Assembly: GCA_030704615.1 (NCBI GenBank)
Contig: CM060731.1
Coordinates: 8,990,001 to 9,054,000 of the forward strand
Reading direction: 5' to 3'
DNA from: Takakia lepidozioides
Lineage: Eukaryota; Plantae; Bryophyta
DNA: 64,000 bases
Below the pieces are notes generated by a model. It was given only the letters and a program-made list of their open reading frames with translations. It did not search any database and was not told the origin of the DNA. The translations under genes were made by a program, and so were the position numbers. Below, one piece after another: positions 35,048-48,363 of this stretch (positions within the stretch are counted from its first letter, which is position 1; every line of letters starts with the position of its first letter).

Positions 35048-36224
35048 TGATGACCACTATTTTGCCCAACTATGGTAAGATGCAGGTACCTTTGAATGAG
35101 ACCATGAACGGTCACAAGAACCATGGAACCTCATGGCGCAACAACCATGGGTTGTTCTAACGCAACGGCCATGAATCCTCATGGCGTAGCAACCATGAAC
35201 TGTCGTGGTGCAACCACCATGAAGTGTCATGATGCTGCGACCATGACCTTAGATCATGAAGGACCATGAGCGGGAATGCACAACCATGACAGGAAACCAA
35301 GACCGTGAGCGGGAACGCAACCATGAGCGGGAATGACGGACCATGAAGGGGAACATGAACCATGGTCATGGCAGTTATGCCATGAATAACAGAAGAATGC
35401 AAGGCAAGAAAGTGCCCATGGACGGTCGCACTCTTGGTGGTTTGCTCCAAAAGAAATTATAGCAATTGACACAGGATGGTACTTAGGAGAGCAGAAAAAA
35501 TGAACGAGGGTTTTTTTACTATACAGGGGATGATAGAGAGCATGGACTGAGGTAGGAGCGGAGGAGAATAACGTCAGTGAGACAGAGAGCAGAATAGAGG
35601 GAGTGGGATATGGGCCGGTAACAGAGTTTTGGAATATACAAAGAAAACTGAACGTAAGACCACTTTGGATAGTAGTATCTCGCGGACTTCAGCTAGCTAC
35701 AATGACAACAATGTCATTCATTTTCTTAAAAAACTTCAATTTTTATAATCATGCAAGTCTTGCTTGATGAACATCCTAGAAACCGGGACCAATAAAATTA
35801 GGCGTCTGAATTAAGGCTCTGAGAGGAGATCTGCGCGGGGGGTCTAGAGGAGGCAGCAGCCTATTTTGTATACCATGAAGTTGTAAAGCAACCCCGACGT
35901 GGACTCCAACACTCCAACACTGTGTAGAGAGACCTAAGTGAAGCGAAATACTTAAACAGAAAAGAAGCTTGAGCTGAAGAGATTACATAAGTAATCATCC
36001 ACTAGGATACCCAAGTTTATTGTTAGACAAGAATGATTACATAAGTAATCATCAACTAGGGATACCCAAGTTCATTATTAGACAAGAATGATCGTGAACT
36101 TATGAAGATACCAAGTTCATGGTACCCCAGGTTTAAGTGTTCTAAACAACTTGAATACTTTAAAGTATTCTTGAACCTCCACCATGGGTATCCTCCCAAG
36201 AGCTAAGGGATAGGCGTGTAAACA
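35048..36224 (+). mobile_element. 3' LTR (~1.15 kb) with an internal 54-bp tandem duplication at 35981-36092
   Basis: Colinear with the three 5' LTR pieces; purine run agggagg precedes TG at 35048; ends approximate. Confidence 0.7.
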
Positions 36225-37718
36225 CTCTTACTCATTTTTAACAGATAAGGAGACATTCTTAGACATTGTGAGGCCTCCAAGCTTGGAAGGAGAGTAGAAG
36301 AGCATAGCGAGAAACAAAGGGAGAGCGGAGGACTGTGTATTTTGGGGATGGTAGTCTCAATTTCCAAGTCAGCTCCCTTTTGTAAACAAGAAGACCATAG
36401 GTTCCCAGATTTCCTAGGAAAGCCCGTTCATCACATTAATATTATTTCAACAGACTAGACTCATGAAGAGCCACAACTCAAACCATGGATATGATTCAAT
36501 TCAGCCAGAAAAGGTCCACTGTAGGTCAGACATGTCTCTTCAAACTGCAGTAATTTACTGTACATAGGAAACACCACATTTTTAGCTTGAATTCACACTC
36601 CAGCTTTATCGACCCTAATGAGGCTTGACTCAAAGATCACTGCCCTGCTGAGAATACTGCAAAGGAGATCAATGTTTAAGACATACATGCATGATGAAAC
36701 AAAGTTCTCAACAGCTTCAAAAGTTATCAATCACACCACGGAACAAACACTTCCATTTTTCCAGACAAAAAATGGAAGAGACAATACACTAGCATGATAA
36801 TGTCCAAAATGACAAAAAAGTCTGCAGCAACACATCAACCCGATCTTCAACAGCATCAACAATGATCTATGTCATTCACCGAAGGGACAAAGTCACATGA
36901 GAGGAGATCAACAGAAAGATGTATTTAAGGAAATCGTGCCACATGACATCCCACACTCTGTATTCTTCTACCCTTACCATCATATAGCCTCTCCATCCAT
37001 CCTGAACTTCACATGGAATCATAAGCAATTCTCTAGCCCATTTAGTCCTACACCTTCCATCCAATGTCCTATGCAGAACAATATAAAAAGTGGGTGTACC
37101 ACTGAACAAATGTCTTCAGGACATTCTCACTCAGCGCCACTAGGACTCCTCAATCTTTCACCTGTGTCAGCGTTCCCACCTCCCCGTCCATCCTAGACTC
37201 TCATTGCTTGCAACAGGTACTTTTTGAGGAGCCAATATTGAGGAGACTATAGTAATCAAAATTAAAAGTACAACCACAAACCCAAATAACCCTTGGCAGA
37301 GAAATGAAGAAAAGAACTTGGCAGCAAATTTATAATAGAAAAGTACCTCAAAACTTGCCATGGTCAAGAGGACCTGTCAGCACCAACATGCAAAACACTA
37401 CAACTACACCACTACAATGATGGAATCTCCGAAGTGTGCACCCATAAGTCAGTGGATTATTGGCTACCAATCACAGAGCTATAAGCAATTACAAAACCCA
37501 ACCTACACACAAAGCAAGAGTTGGGATGGCAGCAAAATTTAATACAGACATGACTGGCAGGCCATGAGGAAGGAATGAATAGCAGCCTAATTCTGTAAAT
37601 TCCCCACCCATTCTGCACCCCCGCTCTAAGATGTATACATTTGAAATGCCAACTGTGCATTCAAACCAGCCCCGACAACATGGAGCAATCTCCAGTATTT
37701 ACTCTGGAGGTGTCCACT

Positions 37719-39306
37719 TCAACACTCGCAAGCTGACGATTTTTGAGGCCTTCCCGCATTTACATCAATTGTGTCTGGAAGGTAGCTGCAACCAGAGGAA
37801 TCATGCACACTGTGATCAGATGTTTTTCAAAGTCAACTTTTCAACAGTAGTAGGTTGGATTGACAAATGACCCATGTCAAGTCAACAAATCAAGTACAAA
37901 CTCTAAAGGCTGAGGCAAAAATCAAGATACTTACATCTCCTCCTCTGTCTCATTCTTCAAGGCGTTCTTGGCTATGCATTGGAATGCTGCATCAACATTG
38001 TAATCCTCTTTTGCAGAGGTCTCAAAATAGGGTATGTTGCCTTTAGAAGCACACCAGGCCTTGGCCTTCTTTTCAGAAACCTGCAAAGTATGATCTAGGT
38101 CCTATTAATAGAACTTAACAACCATACGCACAGAGAAGCCCTCCGCAAGAAAAATTGATAAAGAATCTGTGTCGCAAGAATGTCATGAGGAAGAACATCA
38201 GTAGTCAACTGCTAAACACAAAACATTTCCAAAGAGTTGCACATACCACTCTACTATTCCCACTGTCCACATCAACTTTGTTGCCAAGTACCACAAATGG
38301 AAAATTCTCTGGATCTGAAGGGCTCGCCTGCACATAGTCAACCACCAGAAGTAACAATTGGTTAATACTACTGACATGTCGGGTGACCCATTTGAAGTGT
38401 ATTGCATGGTGGCATGAAAGCTAACCTGAATGAGAAACTCGTCGCGCCAGTTGTCCAGGTTGTCAAATGATTTCATGACGTTCACATCATACACAAGGAC
38501 ACAGCAATCTGCACCGCGGTAAAAAGCAACCCCAAGACTCTGAAACCGCTCCTGACCAGCTGTGTCCCATATCTGTCAGATGCAGAACCTCAAAAGATAA
38601 GAAAAGAATGACAGAGTCCAAGAGCTGTTTAGATCAGAGAGCATATTTCTCTCTCCCTCTCTCTCTCGATGGCCACAAGGCTACGGCAAACAACGTCTTA
38701 TGAGTACATTCTCTCTCTCTCCCTAAGTACAGTTCAAGGAACGTAGGTGCGGAACAAAGAAGACTTACCTGCATAGTTACGAGTCTGTCTTCCACTTGCA
38801 CTTCTTTCGTCAAAAAATCGGCACCAATCGTCGCCTTATACTGGTTGCTGAATTTCTTATTTACATATCTGAGAGAGTCTTGTCAAGGACGGCCCTACAA
38901 CCACAAATTGCAAGCACAAGAAACTTGCAAAACATAATACATAAAACCTAGCCTCATCTGAAAAAATTCCCACTCCAACCAGACCCCTGCAAGAGTAGAT
39001 ACTGGTTCATCAAAGATGTCTTCCCCACCCTGCCAGCACAACATCGACACACAATACGCACATCTGAGTGAAACTGATAACACAAAAACGGCCGACGCCC
39101 GTAGAACATGATCATCTTTGAACACAAATAAAACAGGACATCATTGTGGTGTGAAGAGACATTAATTTGACTGCAAAGAGAGGGAGAAAAACACCTTACA
39201 ACCAAATCAAATCTGACATATTACAAAAAAATCTTAGAAAACAAGGCCCCTACCCGCTGTCTCCAAGGATGATAACCTTCAACAAGGTGCGTTTCCGAGC
39301 AGACAT
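37719..39306 (-). CDS. RABG3: Rab7/RABG3 small GTPase, 206 aa, 7 exons (39306-39254, 39029-39003, 38868-38769, 38572-38426, 38327-38247, 38080-37935, 37785-37719)
   Basis: [51 protein letters not shown]-terminal CEC prenylation motif; all introns GT-AG; 621 nt in total. Confidence 0.97.
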
Positions 39307-40009
39307 TGTGTTGAGCTTTCCCGAGTAATCGCTTCTCCTTCTACCCTTTCTAAGCCCCGACAGTTCTCCTTCCGCCTAGACTTGACTACCCCGGAATTGC
39401 ACACACAGAGCAGACAGCGTCCAGCTCACAAAATTCCACAGCCTCTTCCGATTCTCCGCAAATACACAGCCCCGAAGCCTCCGGCAGCAAGCTCACCCTC
39501 GCTTGTTTTCGGAGGCAGACCCGAATCAGAGCACGGCCCGGCACGAGACTCCGGTACAGGATTCCCGTGAAGCGAGAGAGGTGATGGCGGTTGCAGCACA
39601 GCTGGTGGCAGCAGAGAAAGCGAGTCCAGACACACACAGCCACGCAGGGCATTCTTCCCCTCTTTTCTTCTCACGCCACCTCCTGCACGCCACATTCCAC
39701 ACTATAATACAGAATTTCGTTTTTTCTGCCTTTAAGGACAACAGATATTTATAGTAAAGAAAATCTAACTAGATTTCTCCAGCACATTCTGTTGCATAAT
39801 CTACTTACTGCCAGGTGGCACTGCCATCTGCATGCTCCGAAAGCAAATGAAAACAATACACGCGTCGGACCGCGGGCCAAAAAGCACGAAATCTCTGGCT
39901 GAATACAGAGCGTGGGATTCAGAGAATCCGACGGTTTTATCTTAGGGCTGTACATCCCACCTACGTGGGTCGATCTCCTACGTCGATGTGTCGTAAGAGA
40001 ATCTGACGA

Positions 40010-40112
40010 CTGGGGCGCCCATGTTACGGCCCGGGCCGGGCCGGACCGGGCCGGGCGCGGGCGCGACCGACCCGCTGAAATCCTGAACCCTAGACTCACA
40101 TTAGGGTTTTGG
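40010..40112. promoter_or_regulatory. GC-rich GGGCC cluster plus telo-box pair in the divergent Rab7/CCDC86 promoter
   Basis: ggcccgggccgggccggaccgggccgggcg at 40028-40057; AACCCTAG at 40086 and TAGGGTTT at 40102; telo-boxes are typical of plant ribosome-biogenesis genes. Confidence 0.6.
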
Positions 40113-40200
40113 GTTCTCTCGACGTGAACCGCATGGGCCTGAGATCTAGAGTTCTGTTGTCTTCAAAGGGAAGGAGTATCAGTATCAGGTTGCGAGGTCG

Positions 40201-40716
40201 ATGGCAAGCACGATCGACTTTCGGTGTCTTGATGAGGGCCTGGGAGGGAAGAGGAGCAAGAGGAAGCGCGCAGAACGCGATGAAGATGATGGGGAATCTA
40301 TGGACATCCAGCAGCAGCCGAGTAAAAGGGCAGCAATTGCTAAGGAAGGGGAGGACAAGCCCGTGTATGGCCGTCCAACTTACGATGGTGTGATGGCAGG
40401 TAAAGTATCGGGCAGGAAGTGGAAGGAGCCCAAGAAGACGCCTGCAGCGGCCCTGAAGAGATCGGGGAGGAAGACTACATTGGAAGAAAAGAATAGATTG
40501 AAGCAGGTGAAGAAAGCGTATCAAATGCGCATGTCGGAACTAAAGGAACAGATCAGGAGCAACAAGCAGGAGAAGCGGCGTAAAGCTGATGAGAGAAAGA
40601 GGATAAAGAAGGAGAACGAGCTGAAGGGCGTTCCTGTTCAGAGGATTACAAATCCCAAAACTCTAAAGAAGATGTCTAAAAAGCAGCGTAAGTTGCTCAG
40701 GGTTGCGCCGGACTAG
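40201..40716 (+). CDS. CCDC86/Cgr1-like Lys-rich coiled-coil nucleolar protein, 171 aa, intronless
   Basis: GKVSGRKWK motif, basic coiled coil, C-terminal VQRITNPKTLKKMSKKQRKLL. Confidence 0.85.
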   Translation: MASTIDFRCLDEGLGGKRSKRKRAERDEDDGESMDIQQQPSKRAAIAKEGEDKPVYGRPTYDGVMAGKVSGRKWKEPKKTPAAALKRSGRKTTLEEKNRLKQVKKAYQMRMSELKEQIRSNKQEKRRKADERKRIKKENELKGVPVQRITNPKTLKKMSKKQRKLLRVAPD

Positions 40717-42409
40717 GTCAACAGTATCCGCAGGTATGCCTCCGCAGGTATGCGGCTAGGATGCTCAGTGATGACCCAGCGAAGATCGGTTATCACGGGG
40801 AGAAGTGACGAGCGCTATATTGGAATCTGTTCTTGGAGATGTATTTGTCAGATGACAACATCTTTACTTGGTTTCATTGCGCTGTCTAGGTTAGAAAGTG
40901 ACCTCCTTTTCCTGGGACTGAGCACGGCTCCACTCGAAGCTTAGTTTCCAGCAAGCTATGGTGCTTCGGAAAATTGCCGTATGAAACGATATGAAATTGT
41001 GTGTGAGGGAATTGAGGGCTCAGAAGCAGGCTTGCTCCTAACTGCAGACTTTGTTTGCTTCGATCGTTGGTTGTTAGCAATCCCCAGTTATTCGATTTAC
41101 AGAAAGTGAATCTCATGGGTAGTGTTGCTTTGTTACATTTTTTAGCCAATTACGGTCAGCTGTTATGGGGGCCTGATCTTCTTACACTGTCTCAATAATG
41201 GTTTGTTACAAGTACTTGGATGCGTTGACAGACCATGTCAGTTTTGTCGATGTAAGCCATGTAACATACTGGACGATATGAGATGGAAGATGAGGGCCCA
41301 GTCCTCGTGTTTCTGGGATATGGATCGCAGATGCATTTGAATTTGTGCCATCTGAGGTGTTGGGCGAGTAATGATTTTTTGTGGTTACTAATTTGTTAGT
41401 TTCCTGAGAAGGTTCTCTTTTGTTAAGAAATAGAGAAGATAGTCCTGACTTTGGCACACAGAGAGGGGGAGAGGATCATCTTCTCCACATTTCCAAGTTG
41501 GGTCAATAGCTGTATGAGAGTAAAGGGGCCAGAGTGGGAAGGGATTTCATGAACAAAGGTTTGTAGATGTACTACTACAAGACTTTTAAGTGAAAGTAGA
41601 GCTAAATTCTCGAATGTTTGTCATTGAGGGAGTGTTCAAAGGCCATTCAACATTCTAAGAGATCCATTTGAAGAACTGAGGAGACACTGCAGTTGTGATG
41701 AGAGGTAAAGTTTAGAAGCTACTAGTAAAGAGTCAAGAGTTGGCTAACTTGGTAGCACGATCAACTACTAACTACAACCAGGATGTGACTCCCTTTCAAG
41801 ACATAATCTACATTTTCTTTCATTGTTGTTTCTTGCTTCAGGAGTGATCCCTATTAGGGTACACCTAATTTTGGAAGTGAAGGCAGATTGCATCATGTAC
41901 AACAATTTCTTGTCCATCAAATCTTGGGATGGCTTGCTGCCTGTGTCATTGGCCTTCATATATCTATTCCTGGCTCCTTTTGAGCTTCAAGATTATTGCT
42001 CCCAGTGAAGACTATAAACCAAATGGTTTGTTGTACGATCGCTACTTTGAAGAGTACAGTTTTCCAAAAATAATTCTCACCTCTGCTGCTGCAGCATATA
42101 GCTATGACAGAATCATGAAGTCACAATCCTCCTGTGCATCCCACTTGAAAAGACACATTGCTGCAAACTCTGTCACCTTTGCAATGCCATGAATTCTGCA
42201 GGCATTGTACACAAAACCCTAAACTTGTCAATAGAACACATAGCCTTGCGTGCCAATGAAAGCGCACATGGCCCTCTACCGTCCTCAATCCGGATCCGGG
42301 TAGTTTGATCCACAAGTCCGATTTTGTCAAACCACATTCTAACTGTTTCATGAACATCCACAATTGAAGATGCAATTTGACAACAAATCTATGGGCCTGG
42401 TACTTGACC

Positions 42410-42810
42410 TTGATGCAGCTATGGGACTTTGACGATGATGACGATGATGACGATTATATAGAACATAGCAGCAAATTGTACTGAAAGCAAGGCTCATGTA
42501 GTTTCCGTGTGTATGGAATTTTTCCATTTGTGAGCTCTGTGGCCACAATAACCCAGGGGGTTGCATTCTGCAGGAGATTTTGTGGGCATTTGTACATCAA
42601 GTGATTGAGAGGCTTAACCCCCATCAGGTGAAGGATTGTGTGTCCTGGAGCATTGCACATAGTGTTGTTTATGGACACCACTGAGGACACCTCTCCTCTT
42701 AGGCCCAACTGAGCTTGCTTGACAGGTCAGTCTTGCTTCCAATTGAGCGAGTCCACAATCTTCTGCTATCTTCTCTTCTCCACTTGAGCCAACTGGTGCC
42801 ATGAACTCAC
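42410..42810 (+). repeat. Dispersed decayed repeat, copy A (homologous to 59043-59330)
   Basis: Shares gttgcattctgcaggag..ttgtgggcatttgt..gaggcttaaccccc..ccactgaggaca with copy B. Confidence 0.8.
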
Positions 42811-43329
42811 CTTAGATTCATCACTTCTTGAATGATAGTTGGTACAAACTCACTATTGGGCCAAATTGTTCCAAAGCGATATGTTCCCCACTCATTTCTC
42901 CGGGAGGTCTGCATCGAGAGATTTCAGGACATCTGCTTCTTCAGCCCAACTTGCATGACAGGTCAATCTTTCTGCAAAGGGAGAATCCACATTTGAGCCC
43001 AACTGGTGCCACCCACTAACCTTCGGTTCATCTCTTCTTAAATCAATGTTGGCACAGCTCCAATCTTGCACCACCTTGCAGTTCTGGAGGAATCTGCCAT
43101 AAGACTGGAAAGAACTGCCATATGGTTTTACCCTCTGTATCACATTGGCTGATTTAGGACCTTGTGCAATAGGTCATTTTCTAGCGAGGCAATCACCTCC
43201 AACTCTTGCAATAAAGCATGTGTCATCCCATGCATGGAATTCCTCAGTTTGCGGACCTAGTTGCCCTTGACAGCTCGCATTCCAGATGCATAACAGTAGC
43301 AGCATATAAGCTACAGAATGATGTAGGTT

Positions 43330-45045
43330 TCATTTAAGAATGCTTTTTGCTGCATGTTGAGCTACCTTCAAGTCGCCATGGTTTCGGCAGGCACCAAGCA
43401 AGGCCCTCCACACTCCAGCATCTGGTTTGATAGGCATTTTGTTGACGAAGTCCTCTGCCTCATCCAGTAGCCCTGCACGACCAAGAAGATCCACCATGCA
43501 GCCAAAATGCTCCACCGTAGGTATGAAACCATAATCTCGACTCATGGAATCAAAGTAATGGCAGCCTTCCCGCAGTAGCCCAACATGGCTACATGCACAG
43601 AGAACAGATATGAAGGTGCTACCATTCGGTATTGGTCCTTCCTGTTGCATTTGTTCAAATAGTTGTATGGCCTCCCTACCACACCCGTGCTGGGCACACC
43701 CTGAAATCATGGCGTTCCATGACACCACATTTCGTTTAGCCATATGGTTGAAGACTTGACGTGCATCATTTACGCTCCCGCATTTTGCATACATGTCAAC
43801 AAGGGCAGTCTCCAGAATGATATCTAGTGTAATTCCACTTCTATTGAGTTCAGCATGGACCTCTTTGCCATCTTTTAGTGCTCCTAGGCTGGCACATGCA
43901 TTAAGAATGCAAGTAAATGTGACCCTATCAGGCTTCACTCCTTCCTGTAGCATTTCTTCATAGAGCTTGAAAGCCTCCTTACCACACCCATGCTGGGAAT
44001 ATCCTGCAATCGTGGCATTCCATGAGACAGCATCTCGTTTAGCCATATTGTCGAATACTTGACGTGCATCCTCCATGCTCCCGCATTTGGCATACATGTC
44101 AACGAGACTATTCTCCAAATTCACATACGGCACAATTCCTGCTTTGATGATGTCAGAATGGACCTCTCTGCCTTTCTCCAGCGCTCTTAGGATGGCGCAT
44201 GCATTGAGAATGGAGATGAAGGTTACCTTGTCAGGCATCACCCTTTCTTGTTGCATTTGCTCATAGATCTTGAAAGCCTCCTCAGCATGCCCATGCTTGG
44301 CATATCCTGCCATCATTATAGTCCATGTACGCAGATCTCGTTCAGGCATTTTGTCAAACACATGGCGCGCAGCTACTATGCTCCCACATTTGGCGTACAT
44401 GTTAACAACGTTGCGGAGTAGAAAGGTGCTTGGATTGAATCCACTTTGGACAATGTGGGCGTGCACCTGCTTTCCTTCTGCTAGTTTCTTCATTTTGATG
44501 CACTCCTGCAGGAGACAGAGATAAGTATCGGCGTCTGCTCTAATACCTTGTTCGTTCAAAACTTGCAGTGCCTCTTTCAGTCGTCCTGCCTTAGCTAAGA
44601 CTCTGACATCCGCACAGGTGCCAGAAGAGTCATTATTAACTCTTTCTCTTGTTCCTCGTTCAAAAGGAGTGGTTATGGTGGAGATTGTACCCCTGCTGCC
44701 AACCTGATGTCCATCCAACTGTGCCATCCTGCACAAAACAAAACATTTCAGATGACCTTTAAACTCAAACTCACATGATAAATCTAAAAGCTTCCAGATG
44801 GTTCCTATCTGTATGAAGTCCTTCTATTTGAGTTGAAAGCCTTGAAACATGAACCAGAAGAAATACCTGTTGTATTCTTGGCCTGGAGCTCCACGTTCAT
44901 CAATGTTTGAGCAATCACCCGTTTGCACTCGACATTGCATCACAGCAGCTAGCTCTGCTTTCACCCAAGGAAGGTTTGACCAACTCTCAATCCAAAGGAC
45001 CTCCTTCGAGCACCTATGTCTGAAGTCTGGTGATCTTTGACTTCT
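43330..45045 (-). CDS. PLS-class PPR protein (about 11 PLS motifs + E1), stops before E2/DYW; upstream in-frame exon at 45045-44867
   Basis: Repeating L-S-P motifs (MYAKCGS..ARQVFD, VSWNA.I.G), P2-L2-S2 (HFGCMVDLLGRAG), E1 (VWRALLGAC); intron 44866-44729 joins YNR-MAQ in frame; true start not determined. Confidence 0.9.
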
Positions 45046-47767
45046 CTGTGAAGTCAAGAGCGGCCAGCTGAAGAGCCATAGTCTCAACTACCTCCTCATA
45101 AAGACAAGGCAACAACCACCATAGCTCACAAGCATTTTCAAATAACAGGGGGAATCCTCGAAACAAACTATCTCCATTCCCTGTTAACAAGGAGGAATAA
45201 CCTACAGATACCACTTTTGCTGCATTTTCTCACAAAAAACATAGATTAATCTCATCAACTCCAGATAAAACCCACAAAGATTCAGCATGCTAGCTTCAAT
45301 AACATTCACATTTGAATGAAGATAGGTTCACCTTCTCAAACCCATAGTTCCACCGCTGTGAAGAATCTGACAAGAAATCATGCCAGAGCCATTTTTTCCT
45401 GATTGCTTGACCTACATGCCGAAAAGTCTTATAAGAACATGATAACTTTGCCAATCTCTATTGAGGAGTGTCAAAATAGTTTCAGATACCTTCTGCCAGT
45501 AACTCTGGACTGGTTCTCTGCCTCATGCATACAAGTAACATACAAACACAAAAGTTGAAGAGGACATTGAAGGCACTTGCCATGTACAAGGCCGGCCTTC
45601 AAGCTAGACCAGTTAGCATACTCACATTCCACCACACCTTGTGTTTGACTGTAGTCTGTCCTTCGACCATACGATGCCATCCCACAAGAATCTGGAATCC
45701 CATCTTCAAACTTCAATAGAGATCCAATGTTCCCACCAGAAATAGAGCCGTACCATGACATCCATCGGTCCCATTGTGCTTGACCTTGTGTCACGGTGGT
45801 AAGCTCTGCATTAACCCACGGGAGGGTTGATGGACTCAACATCCGAAGGATCTCCCTTGTGCACTTATATCTGAACAGTGTTGATCTCGGACTTCTCTGT
45901 TACAAACACCAGGGTTGAGACGCGCAGCAACAGCATTAACCACAGGCCCATGTAGATCAACCCCCAAACATCCACAGGCCCCCCTTGAAACAACATGTCA
46001 CAACGTTGGCAAACCAACTACAAAGCTATTCTGCATTAACATCCACTGATCCAACAAAAACACCCAGTACTGAGACGCCACAAACAAGGTTATCATTGAA
46101 ACCATGGTCCAGTCTACCAATTGCATAGGGGCTTCGTTCGTAAAAGGATAACTTTTTATACTAGGAACTAGAAATGATGGGTGGAGATGGCCTCGCCTTA
46201 TCAGACATGTTGTCCCACCACTGCCAAGGATCTGACCCGAACTCCTGCCAAAGTGAATGGCTGCATGCACATGGCAGTAGACCTTTAGCAGCTCTATTAT
46301 GACTAGGCTTCCCTCGAATTAATCTCTCTCTCTCTCTCCCAGAGTTTGTCTGCCAGTGCAATCACAATCACATGTACCACACATATATAACATTGTGCGA
46401 ATCACCATGTTGATCAACCTGATTGTCCTTGGCTGTGAGTGGAGCGCAATGGCGTTGTGGGGATGGTCCCCTTAGCATGATCAGTAGAAAATCTATGTGA
46501 CTCAGGGAGGATTACTATACCGTGATGACAATCCTCTCAGGGTACGTCACAGCCACCATTCCTAAGCACTCGTCAGGGAGGAATTCTTTCTCCTACCTTT
46601 TGCACCCAGTGTAACTGGCAATTGCAGTGCTAAAGGGACTCCAGCAATGTATGCAGGTACCTTTAGGGTTGGTAATTAACCCCATCAAGGATGGTGACAA
46701 TGCAGCTAAACAGCCCAGAGCCAATCCCAGGGAACATTTAAGTTATATTATTGTCCAAAGCTTCTACCCCTTTGCGGAGCCTTGTCCTAATTTCAGCTCG
46801 GAGAAAGCCCCATGGAACGCTTAGCCATACTCTCTCTGTCTCACACACACACAATGAATAGAAAGAACAAATATACCAAAAGTACAGATCCTAAAGAAGA
46901 TCAGGAGATCCTAAAGAAGCTAATGGAGGATGAAAGGGCGGTGAGTATGCGTGTAGGACAATCTCGATCGCTCCAACGAGCAGACACCAAGGGATATGCA
47001 TAGAGCTGACTATACCTTTCGTCAGATTTCGTGGAGGCTCGGGAAGCGTCAAATGAGCTCGGACCAGGCAATGCCAAAGTGGATGCCCCTTCCAACTCCA
47101 CAGCCTGGCCCGATAATCCGTTCTATAATGTGAAGCCTTCCCCCCGTTCAACGCAAAAAGATACCAGGGCCTGGGTATGGTCTCTCCCTCCTTGCGCAGG
47201 AGGCCGCCTGCCATACGTGTCTGCGAGAGGAGACAGAGGAGGTGGATTTTACAGCTGCAATAGCAAGTCCATCACAGGTCTGAAAGAAGTCATAAAGTCT
47301 GTTAGTCCAGCGAATTTGCTAAGCCAACTGCTTAACGCGCCAGTCAATGGACGAGGTCACCCTCCCAGCTGCTTGAGATAGGTTAGGGATGCTCACGTGC
47401 TACTTCTCAGGGTTTTATGCTGGAAGGTTTGTGGTTGTTGAATCTACGTAATAGTTTTCATATCCACCCATGACTCTGTTCCAGAAGGGTTAAATTGTAA
47501 TGGGATCGGTTGGAGAGAGACAGAGAGGAGAGAGAGAGAGAGAGGTGATTTTACGTACGGGAAATGAGAACGCGTCGGCGGGTCTTTGCAGGTGCAGGAT
47601 CTCGAAAACAAACACGACATCAAGGTGTTGAAGAGATTTGAATACTGCCAGTTTTGATTCGCCCCCAAGGGCTTTGTGGTCGCGTGGGAGATATTGAACA
47701 GTAGAGAGGGAGGCATAAATTATCAGAGCGACTGAGATATGCACATTGAGAGACACAAAAGCTGAGC

Positions 47768-48363
47768 ATGGATCCGAGCAAGGATAGGCTAGTGCGCAAC
47801 ATCACAGTTGTAGTGACCACCCTGGCCGCTGCTCTCATGATCACAACCGACTATGGTCCCCATCCCCACGCTTTCTCCTCGGTGTGTACTCATCCGACCC
47901 CTCCAAGTTTTGCTCATGTTGTTACGGCACATCTTCGTGCATTTCCTTCTGTTCTCCTTCTTCTCTTGCAAGTTTCATTTAATGTTGTGTTCAACTACCC
48001 TCTCTCTCTCCCTACTAACACCAGACCAAGCAGAGTATCACGGTAGCTAAAACTGCAGAAGGGGTTATAGTAGTCGGGATGTATAGGGCAAGATAGCTTA
48101 TCAGTGCTTCCCTTGGAGAGAGATGTAGCGAGTCATCATTCTGGGGTTGTCGTAAGTGCGTTTCTCTTAACAGTCAGACTGATCGATTCATATCAACTAC
48201 ATTTTATAGGGCATTGGATCCGACTGATGCAAGTGGCGTTGCAATGCAGGTGGCAAAGTCGTATGAAGAGGCTAAAAAGTGGTTCTGGACGCCAAGTAGG
48301 AAAGAGAGGGAGGAGGTGGAGCGGCGGCAGAAGCTAAAGGATTTTCAAAAGGAGGCCGATTAA
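47768..48363 (+). CDS. Small single-TM protein, 75 aa, 2 exons (47768-47881, 48250-48363)
   Basis: MDPSKDRLVRNITVVVTTLAAALMITTDYGPHPHAFSS|VAKSYEEAKKWFWTPSRKEREEVERRQKLKDFQKEAD*; phase-0 GT-AG intron. Confidence 0.75.

Noticed and set aside
47059-47069. TCGGACCAGGC matching the 5' half of miR166
   Set aside because: The match stops at 11 nt and no complementary hairpin arm is seen
46850-47381. Possible gag-pol-like fragment
   Set aside because: Only vague similarity, no diagnostic motif
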